Assembly: GCA_965203805.1 (NCBI GenBank)
Contig: OZ241917.1
Location: forward strand, 2,688,001 to 2,752,000
Reading direction: 5' to 3'
Length of the DNA: 64,000 nucleotides
From: Candidatus Latescibacterota bacterium
GTDB taxonomy: Bacteria; Latescibacterota; UBA2968; GCA-2709665
The first letter of the stretch is position 1. Every line of letters begins with the position of its first letter. The translations under genes and the position numbers were made by a program. The notes beneath the pieces were generated by a model. It was not told the DNA's origin, did no database searches, and saw nothing but the letters and a program-made list of their open reading frames with translations. Below, piece by piece: positions 51,653 to 60,425 of this stretch.

Positions 51653-51690
51653 GACCGGTGCAGGCTCCCCCATGCAAACCTGCACCGGTC
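51653..51690 (-). terminator. Strong hairpin after the precursor genes
   Basis: 12-bp perfect stem GACCGGTGCAGG/CCTGCACCGGTC; no U-tract, so possibly a stabiliser or attenuator. Confidence 0.5.
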
Positions 51691-51731
51691 GCGTCAGACA
51701 CTGCCTACGGAATCTTTCCGATCTGTCGCTC

Positions 51732-52025
51732 TCAGAAATTCGATAGTCCGTCGGCCATGTCGGATATGAAGCCACCGGCAACGAAATCTACGGCGTCGTT
51801 AGCCCTATCCCAATACCACTGAGCCGCTTCCGCAGTACCTGTGGGATTTGTAATTGCACTGACTGTGATTCCAACCAGTACGCCTAGTACAAATGGAGCT
51901 AAACCTCCGGAAATTTCTGCCACTGATTCCCTAGCCAAATCCTCCTGCAGAATTGGTAAGGTAGAAAATGCTGACAACACTTGGCCAGCATCTGTCGCCA
52001 CTGGATTCGACAATACATGGGTCAT
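51732..52025 (-). CDS. Double-glycine leader peptide precursor 3 (41-aa leader, 56-aa core)
   Basis: AGGAGG RBS; LPILQEDLARESVAEISGG|LAPFVLGVLVG... Confidence 0.8.
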   Translation of the reverse strand: MTHVLSNPVATDAGQVLSAFSTLPILQEDLARESVAEISGGLAPFVLGVLVGITVSAITNPTGTAEAAQWYWDRANDAVDFVAGGFISDMADGLSNF

Positions 52026-52454
52026 TTTATCCTCCTGAAGAGTAAAACGTTATTGCTGATTTGCAAACAAGTGGCTTGAATCTCGCGTTACGAAAACGGT
52101 GACTATTCCTGACGGTTACCGGGTTCGAGAATCGTGCTGTTCCTCTCGTCGGGATGTCAGGTCCGGTGCTCCTTCGATAGCCATGGCGGTCGATCGGGGT
52201 CTGATTATCGAAGGTCCATCGGACGCCAATGTAACACGCACCGTCACTTTATCACGCAGTTTATTCGTTCACTGGCGTGAGGCGCCGGCAAGTCCCGTCT
52301 CCCTACACTAAAGGGAACTTCGTTCATTCACTGTTGGGTTGGATCGCGGAAGATTCCGCGTTGACTTCCCGGAGTCTGCTGAGAAGCCCACTGCATCAGT
52401 AGTCGAGATTGGCAGGATGGATCACTTTCCGCCTGACAAACCCCGCACCGAGTT

Positions 52455-52655
52455 TCAGTCGCCGAAATAATCGGCGATGGCTTCTGCAATTTTCATGCCA
52501 ATCCATCTTGACATGAAACGCGGCCCCAAAGGTGGCACACCAATTCCACCCGATGCATTCGCCATCTCACGCCGCACAAGATTGGTTTCCCGGCCTGGAA
52601 GTTGGGCGCAGGTCGCGACGGCTAGCGCGGGCTGCAACTGAATTCGATCTGTCAT
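52455..52655 (-). CDS. Double-glycine leader peptide precursor 2 (37-aa leader, 29-aa core)
   Basis: GGAG RBS; LPGRETNLVRREMANASGG|IGVPPLGPRFMSRWIGMKIAEAIADYFGD. Confidence 0.72.
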   Translation of the reverse strand: MTDRIQLQPALAVATCAQLPGRETNLVRREMANASGGIGVPPLGPRFMSRWIGMKIAEAIADYFGD

Positions 52656-52736
52656 TTCTCCACGTCCTTTCTGTATTGTTTCTGGCACGAACACGTGAGT
52701 TTTCAATCCAGACTTAACCTGACTGCTTCAACTCCA

Positions 52737-52940
52737 CTACAGTGTACGGCTCGACCTGTCCGGCTCCGGCAAGGTTACGCCGAATATTTCAGCGACCCAA
52801 TTTCTGAGAAGGCGGCCCAGCCCGGCGTCGCCGCCGGAAATTCGTGCGGTCTGCCCTGCGGTCAGGTCTTCCGTCTGAACCGGCAGACGGGCCGGAACTT
52901 CGTGAGACGCCGCAGGGCTCGATGCGATTCTTCTGTTCAT
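52737..52940 (-). CDS. Double-glycine leader peptide precursor 1 (37-aa leader, 30-aa core)
   Basis: AAGGAGGTG RBS before ATG 52940, hidden inside a longer 220-aa ORF call; LPVQTEDLTAGQTARISGG|DAGLGRLLRNWVAEIFG... Confidence 0.75.
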   Translation of the reverse strand: MNRRIASSPAASHEVPARLPVQTEDLTAGQTARISGGDAGLGRLLRNWVAEIFGVTLPEPDRSSRTL

Positions 52941-53166
52941 GTCTTTCACCTCCTTTCGTCGGCATCCTCGCGACGTCCGGACAATCGTGTTGCCCCTCCG
53001 ATAACCGGATTCGCGTCGCGCAGATGCATTGATGTCCGAAGCGTCTGTAACCCTTCTTCCTCCCGCGGCATACGCCCCGCGGGAGGCGGCTTCGGCTTTG
53101 AACCAAAGGGTGCGTTTTGCCACGGAACGCGAGCGCGGTCCGCAACGCTGTCGATGCATTGGAACC

Positions 53167-53181
53167 GCAAGGACTGTGCCA
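53167..53181 (-). promoter_or_regulatory. Sigma-54 promoter candidate for the precursor operon
   Basis: TGGCACAGTCCTTGC matches TGGCAC-N5-TTGC. Confidence 0.65.
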
Positions 53182-53352
53182 CTCGCGACACCCCCCGGCA
53201 TAACTGACTGGCCTGCAAATGCGAATCGATTTGAAGACTTCCGGGAGGCCGATGTCTCTCGGCGAATCGTTGAAATATGTGTTCCATTCTGCGTCACTCG
53301 GGTGAAACCATGTTGCCTTTGGCGCCTCAGAGACCCTGTCTGGAACCGGCAC

Positions 53353-53384
53353 AAAAAAACACCGGCGACATAGGTCACCGGTGT
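53353..53384 (-). terminator. Intrinsic terminator
   Basis: ACACCGGTGAC-CTAT-GTCGCCGGTGT followed by a T run on the minus strand. Confidence 0.6.
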
Positions 53385-53655
53385 ATTCATTGAAAACATA
53401 GAGGGGTTACGTCATCTCGCGTTCCGCCGAGGTTGATCAGAGAGGCAAGAAGTCAACGAGAAGCGAAGGGGACCCGTGATCGGCCCATTCAAAACGACTG
53501 AATTCCAGTTGCCGAACTTCCGGGATATCGTTAAACTTGGGACAACGTTGTCAATCTTTCAGCGGAACGTACGTCAGAAATGTTCCTTCAGTCTCCAGAT
53601 TTATCGTTCACATACCGGGCTGCGGCCCTACACGATCTGCAACCGATCGATAACC

Positions 53656-54099
53656 ATGCCTCAATTCGGCAAATATCTGTCTCCAACGTTCGGAAAATTC
53701 CTGGTCACCGGTCTGGGCGGCGTGTTTGTCAACCTCGGTTCGTTTCAACTGATGCTCACGCTCGGCGTGCACCCGCTGCTGGCGTCGCCGATAGCGATCG
53801 AGCTGTCGATCATCTCCAATTTCCTCCTCAACAACTACTGGACCTTCCGCGACCGCTCGCTGTCCGGAAGACGACGGATTCGGGGTTTGAAGTATCATAT
53901 TGTTTCGTTTGTGACGCTGTTGCTGAGCTACGGCACCTTCGTGTTGCTCTCCGTGTTGTTCACGGATGTGCCGCTGATCATCCTGCAGGGATGCGCGATC
54001 GCCCCGGCCGGCGTGCTGAACTACTCCGCCAACTCGCTCTGGACGTTTCGCGAGGAAACTCGCGAGGGTCGAGACGACGTCCGGGGCGGAACGGGATGA
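53656..54099 (+). CDS. GtrA-like membrane protein
   Basis: KFLVTGLGGVFVN, SIISNFLLNNYWTF, NYSANSLWTF. Confidence 0.85.
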   Translation: MPQFGKYLSPTFGKFLVTGLGGVFVNLGSFQLMLTLGVHPLLASPIAIELSIISNFLLNNYWTFRDRSLSGRRRIRGLKYHIVSFVTLLLSYGTFVLLSVLFTDVPLIILQGCAIAPAGVLNYSANSLWTFREETREGRDDVRGGTG

Positions 54100-54435
54100 C
54101 GGAATACCCGAATCCCCGTGTGCCCTCCTCCCGCTAGTCTCGGCTCCCGTTGCCTCTAACTCGTCTGAAATACGTGGATTACTTCCCCACTTCATTCACA
54201 GAGAAGCCTTGTGACTCGGGCCGATCGGACGCCTGTTCCAACGTAAAGCGGGGCGCATGAATTATCGTTAACAAGAGAGGACCGGCGAACGCAACAGGGG
54301 TGATTTTTCTTACTGCAATCACTTGACACGGCGGAACAGGGTGGGTATTATCAAGGCGCGACCAGGATCGCAACCGCCTGACGATTCCGATAGATGAATG
54401 GGTAGGTTTTCCACGGGGTAGAAGCCAGTCGCGTC

Positions 54436-54903
54436 GTGGAGGTCCATACAGTGAGAAATGTCGATATTGCGGTGACCGGCGCCGATGGAACACTCCAGCT
54501 CGTCCTGGAAATCAAGAACGTGCCGGGTGCAACTGCCGAGTGGGTCATCCTGATGCGTCGCAACTTGCTTGCCCATTCGTTTCTGCCTCCGGCGCCATTC
54601 TTCCTGCTTGTGCTCCCGGACTTTTTGTACCTCTGGACAGGGTCCTCTACGTTAGATGGTTTGGCAAAACCTGACTATAAAATCGAAACCTCCGAAATGC
54701 TCGCGCCATATCTTAAATATAACCAATCCCTTATTGAACTAAGTCGATATGGGCTGGAAATGCTTACGGTGTCGTGGCTGGAAGATATACTTCATGCTGA
54801 CCTGAGACGAGACTCGGTTGACGGCAATCTCAGATGGATTTTTGACTCGGGGTTATATAGAGCAATTACAAACGGTTCCCTGGAACTCGAAGCGATGACA
54901 TGA
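54436..54903 (+). CDS. Hypothetical protein with a PD-(D/E)XK-like motif
   Basis: VDIAV...LVLEIK; ATGA-coupled to the PIN gene. Confidence 0.65.
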   Translation: MEVHTVRNVDIAVTGADGTLQLVLEIKNVPGATAEWVILMRRNLLAHSFLPPAPFFLLVLPDFLYLWTGSSTLDGLAKPDYKIETSEMLAPYLKYNQSLIELSRYGLEMLTVSWLEDILHADLRRDSVDGNLRWIFDSGLYRAITNGSLELEAMT

Positions 54904-55505
54904 TTGTATACCTTGAGTCAAATTTCGTACTTGAACTGGCATTTCTTCAAGCCGAGCATGAACATTGCTCGGCACTTTTGCGTCTATCGGAATCGGGAGA
55001 GATTCGCCTGGTTTTACCGGCATTCAGCATCGGTGAACCGTACGAAACGTGGGTGCGCCGCTCGAAGCGAAGACGAGACGTCCACGAGGAGTTGACTACC
55101 GCAATTCGAGAACTTTCCCGGTCAAGTCCTTACGAACGGGTAACCGACCATTTCCACGAACTCACTGGAATACTGATCCGAAGTGGTGAGGAGGAGAAGC
55201 GCCGTTTGGATGAAACCCTGGAAGACATCCTGAGAACCGTTGAAGTAATACCGATTGGATTGAGCATTATCAGAGCGGCCATAAATTACCAAAGGAAGCT
55301 AACCCTTTCGCCGCAAGATTCGATAGTTTACGCTTCGGTTCTCGATCACCTGAATCCAGAATCATCCGAGCCAGGCTGTTTCATAACCACGAACTCAAGA
55401 GATTTCGCCAATCCGGACATCGAAACCGAACTTACTGACCACAACTGCCGGCTGCTGACAAAATTCGCCGACGGCGTGGGGTATATCCGAAGTCAGTTGT
55501 CGTGA
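54900..55505 (+). CDS. PIN-domain protein (DUF4935-like)
   Basis: IVYLESNFV, SIGE, PQDSIVYAS, FITTNSRDF. Confidence 0.82.
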   Translation: MIVYLESNFVLELAFLQAEHEHCSALLRLSESGEIRLVLPAFSIGEPYETWVRRSKRRRDVHEELTTAIRELSRSSPYERVTDHFHELTGILIRSGEEEKRRLDETLEDILRTVEVIPIGLSIIRAAINYQRKLTLSPQDSIVYASVLDHLNPESSEPGCFITTNSRDFANPDIETELTDHNCRLLTKFADGVGYIRSQLS

Positions 55506-55566
55506 TTGGAATTCATCCGCGCCTTGTCGGCACGACTGCTGACCTATGATCAGGCCGCGCGGTTCC

Positions 55567-55980
55567 TCAGCCGTGTATCCCGTCCAGCTCCGGCAGCAGC
55601 CGGACGCTTTCCTGCTCGTTCGGATCTGTGCGGGCGATCACGGCGGTGCAGCTCTCGGTCTCGCTGGCATTGTACGGCAGGTGGGGTACGCCGGGCGGGA
55701 TGTAGACAAAATCGCCGCTGTTGACGGACACGTGCTCCTCCAGGTTGTCTCCGTACCACATTCCTGAACGGCCGCTGATGACGTAGACGGCGGTCTCGTG
55801 GTCATCGTGCAGGTGTGCCCTGGCGCGTTCGCCGGGTGGGATGGACAGCAGGTGCATGCATAAACCGCGCGCGCCGGTGTTCTCGGCCATGACACCCTCG
55901 CGATAGGTAAATTCCTGCTTGCCCGTGTATTGTTTCCGCGATCGAATCAGCTTGCATGTCGGGGCGGTTGTCGACGGCAT
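55567..55980 (-). CDS. Cupin domain protein
   Basis: AHLHDDHETAVYVISG, GDFVYIPPGVPH. Confidence 0.9.
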   Translation of the reverse strand: MPSTTAPTCKLIRSRKQYTGKQEFTYREGVMAENTGARGLCMHLLSIPPGERARAHLHDDHETAVYVISGRSGMWYGDNLEEHVSVNSGDFVYIPPGVPHLPYNASETESCTAVIARTDPNEQESVRLLPELDGIHG

Positions 55981-56052
55981 GATTTCAATCTCCCGGATTC
56001 AATGGTAGATGCGAATCGATACTGGCGGGTTCAGAAATTTCCGGCTTTCCGC

Positions 56053-56820
56053 TCATGTCTTCACCGCCCGACAACAGAAAACCGGCCAGTAAAACGCGAA
56101 GTCGTCGTCGCCCGAACGGCGAATCCCGAACTCGCTCTTGACCTTCTCCGGCGCGGCGGCAAAGTCCCGGTGCAATCCCTCAGAGGCCGCTGCAGGTGTC
56201 CCGGACCTGTCAACCCACTCCCGAAGCGTCATGTTCACCCGTGTGGCCGCGTCATGCGTGATGTCGAAGCCCGTGTCGGTCACGTAGCTGCGCCACTCCG
56301 ACGGTGACGCCGCCGTTGCATGCGTTGGGTCGCGCGCGACCTCGACCCGATGATGCCATGCGGCAACGGCGGGGTTTTCCGACGTCGTCGTGTCGCACAG
56401 CAGAAAGACACCTCCGGATCTCAACACCCGGTGGACCTCTGACAGAAACCTCCCGACGTCCTGAAAATGGTGAGGCGCGGTCCGGCAGGTGACCAGATCG
56501 ATCGATGCGTCCTGATACGGGATATCGCCCGCATCGATCGTCTCGAACCGGACGTTTGCAATGCCGCGTTCCGCCGCGAGCCTTCGGGCCTGCTCCAGCA
56601 TCCCCCGCGCGATGTCCGAAGCGACGATTGTGTCACAGAACGCCGCAACCGCGAACGCGGTAAATCCGGGACCGGTGGCGATGTCCAGACCCAGCCTGTA
56701 GCGATCGAGCGATGCCCACGCCTGCATGATGCACAGACTCTCGCCCGACGAATGCGCTTCGCTCACCGCGTATTTCGCCGCCTGGCGATGAAACTGCTCT
56801 CCAGCTGAATTCAATCGCAT
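56053..56820 (-). CDS. Class I SAM-dependent methyltransferase
   Basis: LDIATGPG, DLVTCRTAPHHF, VHRVLRSGG. Confidence 0.9.
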   Translation of the reverse strand: MRLNSAGEQFHRQAAKYAVSEAHSSGESLCIMQAWASLDRYRLGLDIATGPGFTAFAVAAFCDTIVASDIARGMLEQARRLAAERGIANVRFETIDAGDIPYQDASIDLVTCRTAPHHFQDVGRFLSEVHRVLRSGGVFLLCDTTTSENPAVAAWHHRVEVARDPTHATAASPSEWRSYVTDTGFDITHDAATRVNMTLREWVDRSGTPAAASEGLHRDFAAAPEKVKSEFGIRRSGDDDFAFYWPVFCCRAVKT

Positions 56821-56889
56821 TTCCGAAGTTGAGATTTCGACATGAAAATGAGCGCCAATGATCCGGTACGGCCGCCGCCCCCATGCCGT

Positions 56890-58026
56890 TCACGCCGCGC
56901 CCAGGACCTCCCGCAGGCGGCGGGCGACGGCGCCCAGGTCTTCGTCCGTCAACGTGGGCACCGACACGTGGAGCGCGTTTGCGCTGTCCCCGAGAACGAT
57001 GCCCGGCCGTCCGGCCTTCAATTCGTCCAGGACCTGTGACCGGGTTTTTCCTACAGCGTTCTCATCGAACCGGATCAGCAGCCCGCTGCCGAGGCCGCGT
57101 CTTTCGGTGACGTGTTCGACTTCGATATCCGAAACTCCCTCCAACTTGCGGAATAGTTCGTCCGCCTTGCGCCGGTGATCGGCAAACCGCGCCTCGTGGT
57201 CCATTTCGAACCACTCCTTCAGGGCGGCCGTGACGGCGATCACCTCCTGGCGGTCCACCTTCATGGGACGTCCCACCGTGCGCCGTTCCTCGGTCTCGAA
57301 TCCGATGAAACCCTGCGTGAAGGCCGCGTCCACCAGGTCCTTCCGTCCGCACATGATCCCCGTGGAGTTGCACGACCCGAAATATTTCGCGCCGTACCCC
57401 ACCACGTCCGCGCCCATCCGGGGGTACCTGCACATCACGTCCAGCGGGAATATCTGGGAGGCCGCATCCACGATCACCGGAATGCCATGGTCCTTTGCAA
57501 TCGCCATCGCGTCTTCCAGCGGAACGACCCCCTCCCCTCCTCCGGGGGCGACGTAGAGCAGGCCGGCCGTGCGCTCGGTCATCGCCGTCCTCAACTGGCT
57601 CCCGGTAGTGCCCGACGCGTCGCCTACCTCTACCAGTTTCCCGCCGTACACAGTCACACAGCGTTCATACTTGTAACGCTGCCTGGCCTGAATCAGAAAC
57701 TCGTCGCGCATCCCCGTTGTATCGGGCAGCCGCTCCATCTTTCCGGTGTCGTTGCCCGTCATGCACGCCGCCGACCCCAGCGAAAGCACCGAGGCGCATC
57801 CGGGCGTAACCAGCGCCGCCTCCGCCCCCAGCATCCCGGCGATCACCTCGCCCGAACGCTTCAGCAGTTCCTTCATATCCACAAAATACCGGTTCGCGTC
57901 CTGCATGGCCCGGAGCACCCCCGGAGACAGCCGCGAGCCGCCCAGTACCGTCTGGCTGCCCATCGCGTTGATCACAGGGTTCACGCCCAGGTCTTCGTAG
58001 ATCCTGCGTCCTCTTTCGCTGTCCAT
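56890..58026 (-). CDS. SelA-like PLP-dependent enzyme (DgaE-type subfamily)
   Basis: LGVNPVINAMG..T.LGGS, IVDAA, YGAKYF, RPMKVDRQE. Confidence 0.82.
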   Translation of the reverse strand: MDSERGRRIYEDLGVNPVINAMGSQTVLGGSRLSPGVLRAMQDANRYFVDMKELLKRSGEVIAGMLGAEAALVTPGCASVLSLGSAACMTGNDTGKMERLPDTTGMRDEFLIQARQRYKYERCVTVYGGKLVEVGDASGTTGSQLRTAMTERTAGLLYVAPGGGEGVVPLEDAMAIAKDHGIPVIVDAASQIFPLDVMCRYPRMGADVVGYGAKYFGSCNSTGIMCGRKDLVDAAFTQGFIGFETEERRTVGRPMKVDRQEVIAVTAALKEWFEMDHEARFADHRRKADELFRKLEGVSDIEVEHVTERRGLGSGLLIRFDENAVGKTRSQVLDELKAGRPGIVLGDSANALHVSVPTLTDEDLGAVARRLREVLGAA

Positions 58027-58161
58027 ACCCACCTCTTGTACGGGAAACATCCGTCGCGAAGACTGAAAATCGGCGGCGCCATTCGCTTCTGACACCGCCG
58101 ACAAGATAGCTTTGACAAATTAACCGATCAATTCCTTTCTGACAGCAGACCATACGACAAA

Positions 58162-58186
58162 GGGCGACCACAAGGGTCGCCCGTAC
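58162..58186. repeat. REP-like hairpin GGGCGACC-ACAAG-GGTCGCCC-GTAC
   Basis: 8-bp perfect stem with a TAC foot, intergenic. Confidence 0.55.
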
Positions 58187-58322
58187 GAAGCATCGGCAAA
58201 CCGCCGGATGGCTCCACCCGTACGGATTGTGGATTCCACCAATTCTTCATCTGAACTCAGTTGAAACCCGGTGCTGTATACCTTCTCTCTCTCACGACAC
58301 GATCCCCTGACGTTGAGGTCAT

Positions 58323-60371
58323 TTAATGGTCTAAACCTGGAATACCGGATTCGAAGAGATACGCAAGTTTCGCGAATACGGCTCGATTACCCGGCCGGCC
58401 ATCCACGAATACGAAGTAAAAATGGCTTTCCGGGGTGAATTCGTAATCGAAGAGCGCATTGAAACTCAGGGACGCTTCATCTTGCAACCGTTCATCGATA
58501 TGCTCAATATAAATGCGCCAGCCGACCCGTCGAGTGAGCTGGTAGTTGCCGCGGAGCCGGAATACGATCGTGTTGCGAAATGAATTCCACGAAAGATAGC
58601 CAAGATCGACGTCCGCGGTAGTTTTGCCCAAGAGGTTGAGACCTGCAGAGAAACTCGAATATCGGCTGATTTCTCCTCGACGAAGCCCGATTCGACTGAA
58701 CATCCTGAGGTGCCACCGTTGTGCGGTGTATTTTATCTCTGAACCAATAAACCTGGAATCGAACAGTTCATCGACCTCGCGCAGGGCATTGAGTCCACCG
58801 AACGTGGAGAAATCAACTCGCCCAATTTCGACTTCGAACCGTAACTCGCTACGTCTTTCCCTCAGCTGCTGCTGTGCGTTGGTTTGGTATGCGTGGTACA
58901 TTCCAGCCGTCAATGACTGCACGAGGCTTGTCTCCGGCAACACGTAACTGTATCCCGCGCGTACACGTTTGCGATGGAATGCGTCATCTTCGAGACCAAT
59001 CTCATTGGGACGAAAGCCGTCTTGTATTTCCTCAATCCCGGTCTGGGCCATCCAACCTTCATGAATCCACGTCAGCGCGTGGTGGTACGCGCGATGGGCC
59101 TGGCCGCCAATGGAATTGACGGCAAATTGGGACGTTGCAGTCAAGTCTCTACGAAATCCAAAACGACCATTGAGAGACAGAAGCAACACCTCTCTGTCTG
59201 CCTGGTGTTTTTGGGCTCCCATGAATCCAACGACTGTTCGCTTACCAATGTCCCAGTTAACGCGACCGCCCACGAGATTCGCCTGCTTTTTCCGATCCTC
59301 ATCGTATCGGTCGATCATCTTTCCGTAAGTGTTGATCACCGCAAAATTGGCAGCTCGAAATCTGCCGGCTATCTTTGTCCCAATATCGATCTCCTGAACG
59401 CGGCGGGTATAGAACAGGTTCAGGGGCAACTTGAACAGATCGGCGCCCTCCCTGAAAAATGGCCTGCGTTCCGGGAGTGACAGCTCCCGGTCGTCAGTAA
59501 TGTTGATTCGCGTCGGGTCGCTTTCCAACTGAGAAAAGTCGGGGTTGAACGTCACATTCGAGGTAAAGTGGGTCGAGACCGGGACAATGAAGTCCACTCC
59601 CCCGTCGAAATCATCCTGATGGTCATCTATCGAACGATAAGTGGCGTAGGGAAGAATGCCGATTTTCGGTTCTATGTGGATTGATCCAAGATTCAATCCC
59701 GTCAGATCGCCGAATTCGGACACGCGGCCGAAATATGCAGTCGGCGCCCAGGAATAGGATTGACCGTTTATCGGATGTGTCCTCCAAAAGTTGATCCCCC
59801 ACGTCGTTTTGTCAGGATCAAATCGGAGGACTCGAAACGGGATCGCGAATTCGGCGGTCCATCCAAGTCGGTGTTTCCTTACCCTTGATTCCCATACGGC
59901 ATCCCAACTCATATCGAAAACACTCTCGTTACTTATCCGTTGGTCCATCTGTGTGCCAAGTGTATTTGTCGCAAAAACGTAACAATTGCGACGGTCGCGA
60001 TAAGTGTCCAGCATCACTTCTACGCAGTCATTGTGCCACACACGGGAATCCCGTCGGGTCATTGTTTCCCGCAGATTCCCCATCTCCGGTTCGTCACAGT
60101 AGATGCCGATATAGAGCGCTTCATCGTCGTACAGGATTCTGACTTCAGTTTTCAGGCTCGATGGGTGAATACTTCCCTCCTTTACACGGAAAAAGCCGGT
60201 CGCAATCGACGCTTGTTGCCATACGGCATCGGAAAGATCGCCATCTATAACCGGTGCGGTTTTCACCCTTACGGCCTGAGCGGCCCGGGTCCGGTCCCGA
60301 TCGTCAGCCCACGTCGATACCGGCAAGAACAACGTTACGACGATACTGCAAATGTGTACCCACTGTTTCAT
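58323..60371 (-). CDS. Exported CBM9-like / DUF5916-type outer-membrane protein
   Basis: Signal peptide, APVIDGDLSD, WTAEFAIPF, NPDFSQLESD, ERRPFF.EG, FYTRR. Confidence 0.82.
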   Translation of the reverse strand: MKQWVHICSIVVTLFLPVSTWADDRDRTRAAQAVRVKTAPVIDGDLSDAVWQQASIATGFFRVKEGSIHPSSLKTEVRILYDDEALYIGIYCDEPEMGNLRETMTRRDSRVWHNDCVEVMLDTYRDRRNCYVFATNTLGTQMDQRISNESVFDMSWDAVWESRVRKHRLGWTAEFAIPFRVLRFDPDKTTWGINFWRTHPINGQSYSWAPTAYFGRVSEFGDLTGLNLGSIHIEPKIGILPYATYRSIDDHQDDFDGGVDFIVPVSTHFTSNVTFNPDFSQLESDPTRINITDDRELSLPERRPFFREGADLFKLPLNLFYTRRVQEIDIGTKIAGRFRAANFAVINTYGKMIDRYDEDRKKQANLVGGRVNWDIGKRTVVGFMGAQKHQADREVLLLSLNGRFGFRRDLTATSQFAVNSIGGQAHRAYHHALTWIHEGWMAQTGIEEIQDGFRPNEIGLEDDAFHRKRVRAGYSYVLPETSLVQSLTAGMYHAYQTNAQQQLRERRSELRFEVEIGRVDFSTFGGLNALREVDELFDSRFIGSEIKYTAQRWHLRMFSRIGLRRGEISRYSSFSAGLNLLGKTTADVDLGYLSWNSFRNTIVFRLRGNYQLTRRVGWRIYIEHIDERLQDEASLSFNALFDYEFTPESHFYFVFVDGRPGNRAVFAKLAYLFESGIPGLDH

Positions 60372-60425
60372 CGTGTGAACCGATTCAATCGCTTTAACCT
60401 CCCAATGAACGAGTGTTTGGGATTT

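Noticed and set aside
39515-53384. Calling the locus a modified RiPP (NHLP/Nif11/lanthipeptide) cluster
   Set aside because: No tailoring enzymes in the window, Cys-free cores, and leaders do not resemble NHLP or Nif11; trans-acting enzymes cannot be excluded.
52941-53399. 220-aa, 187-aa and 113-aa ORFs upstream of precursor 1
   Set aside because: They cross a terminator and the sigma-54 site; the strong RBS is at 52940.
56890-58026. Selenocysteine synthase selA
   Set aside because: Shorter, lacks the N-terminal tRNA-binding domain and has no selB/selC context; treated as SelA-like.
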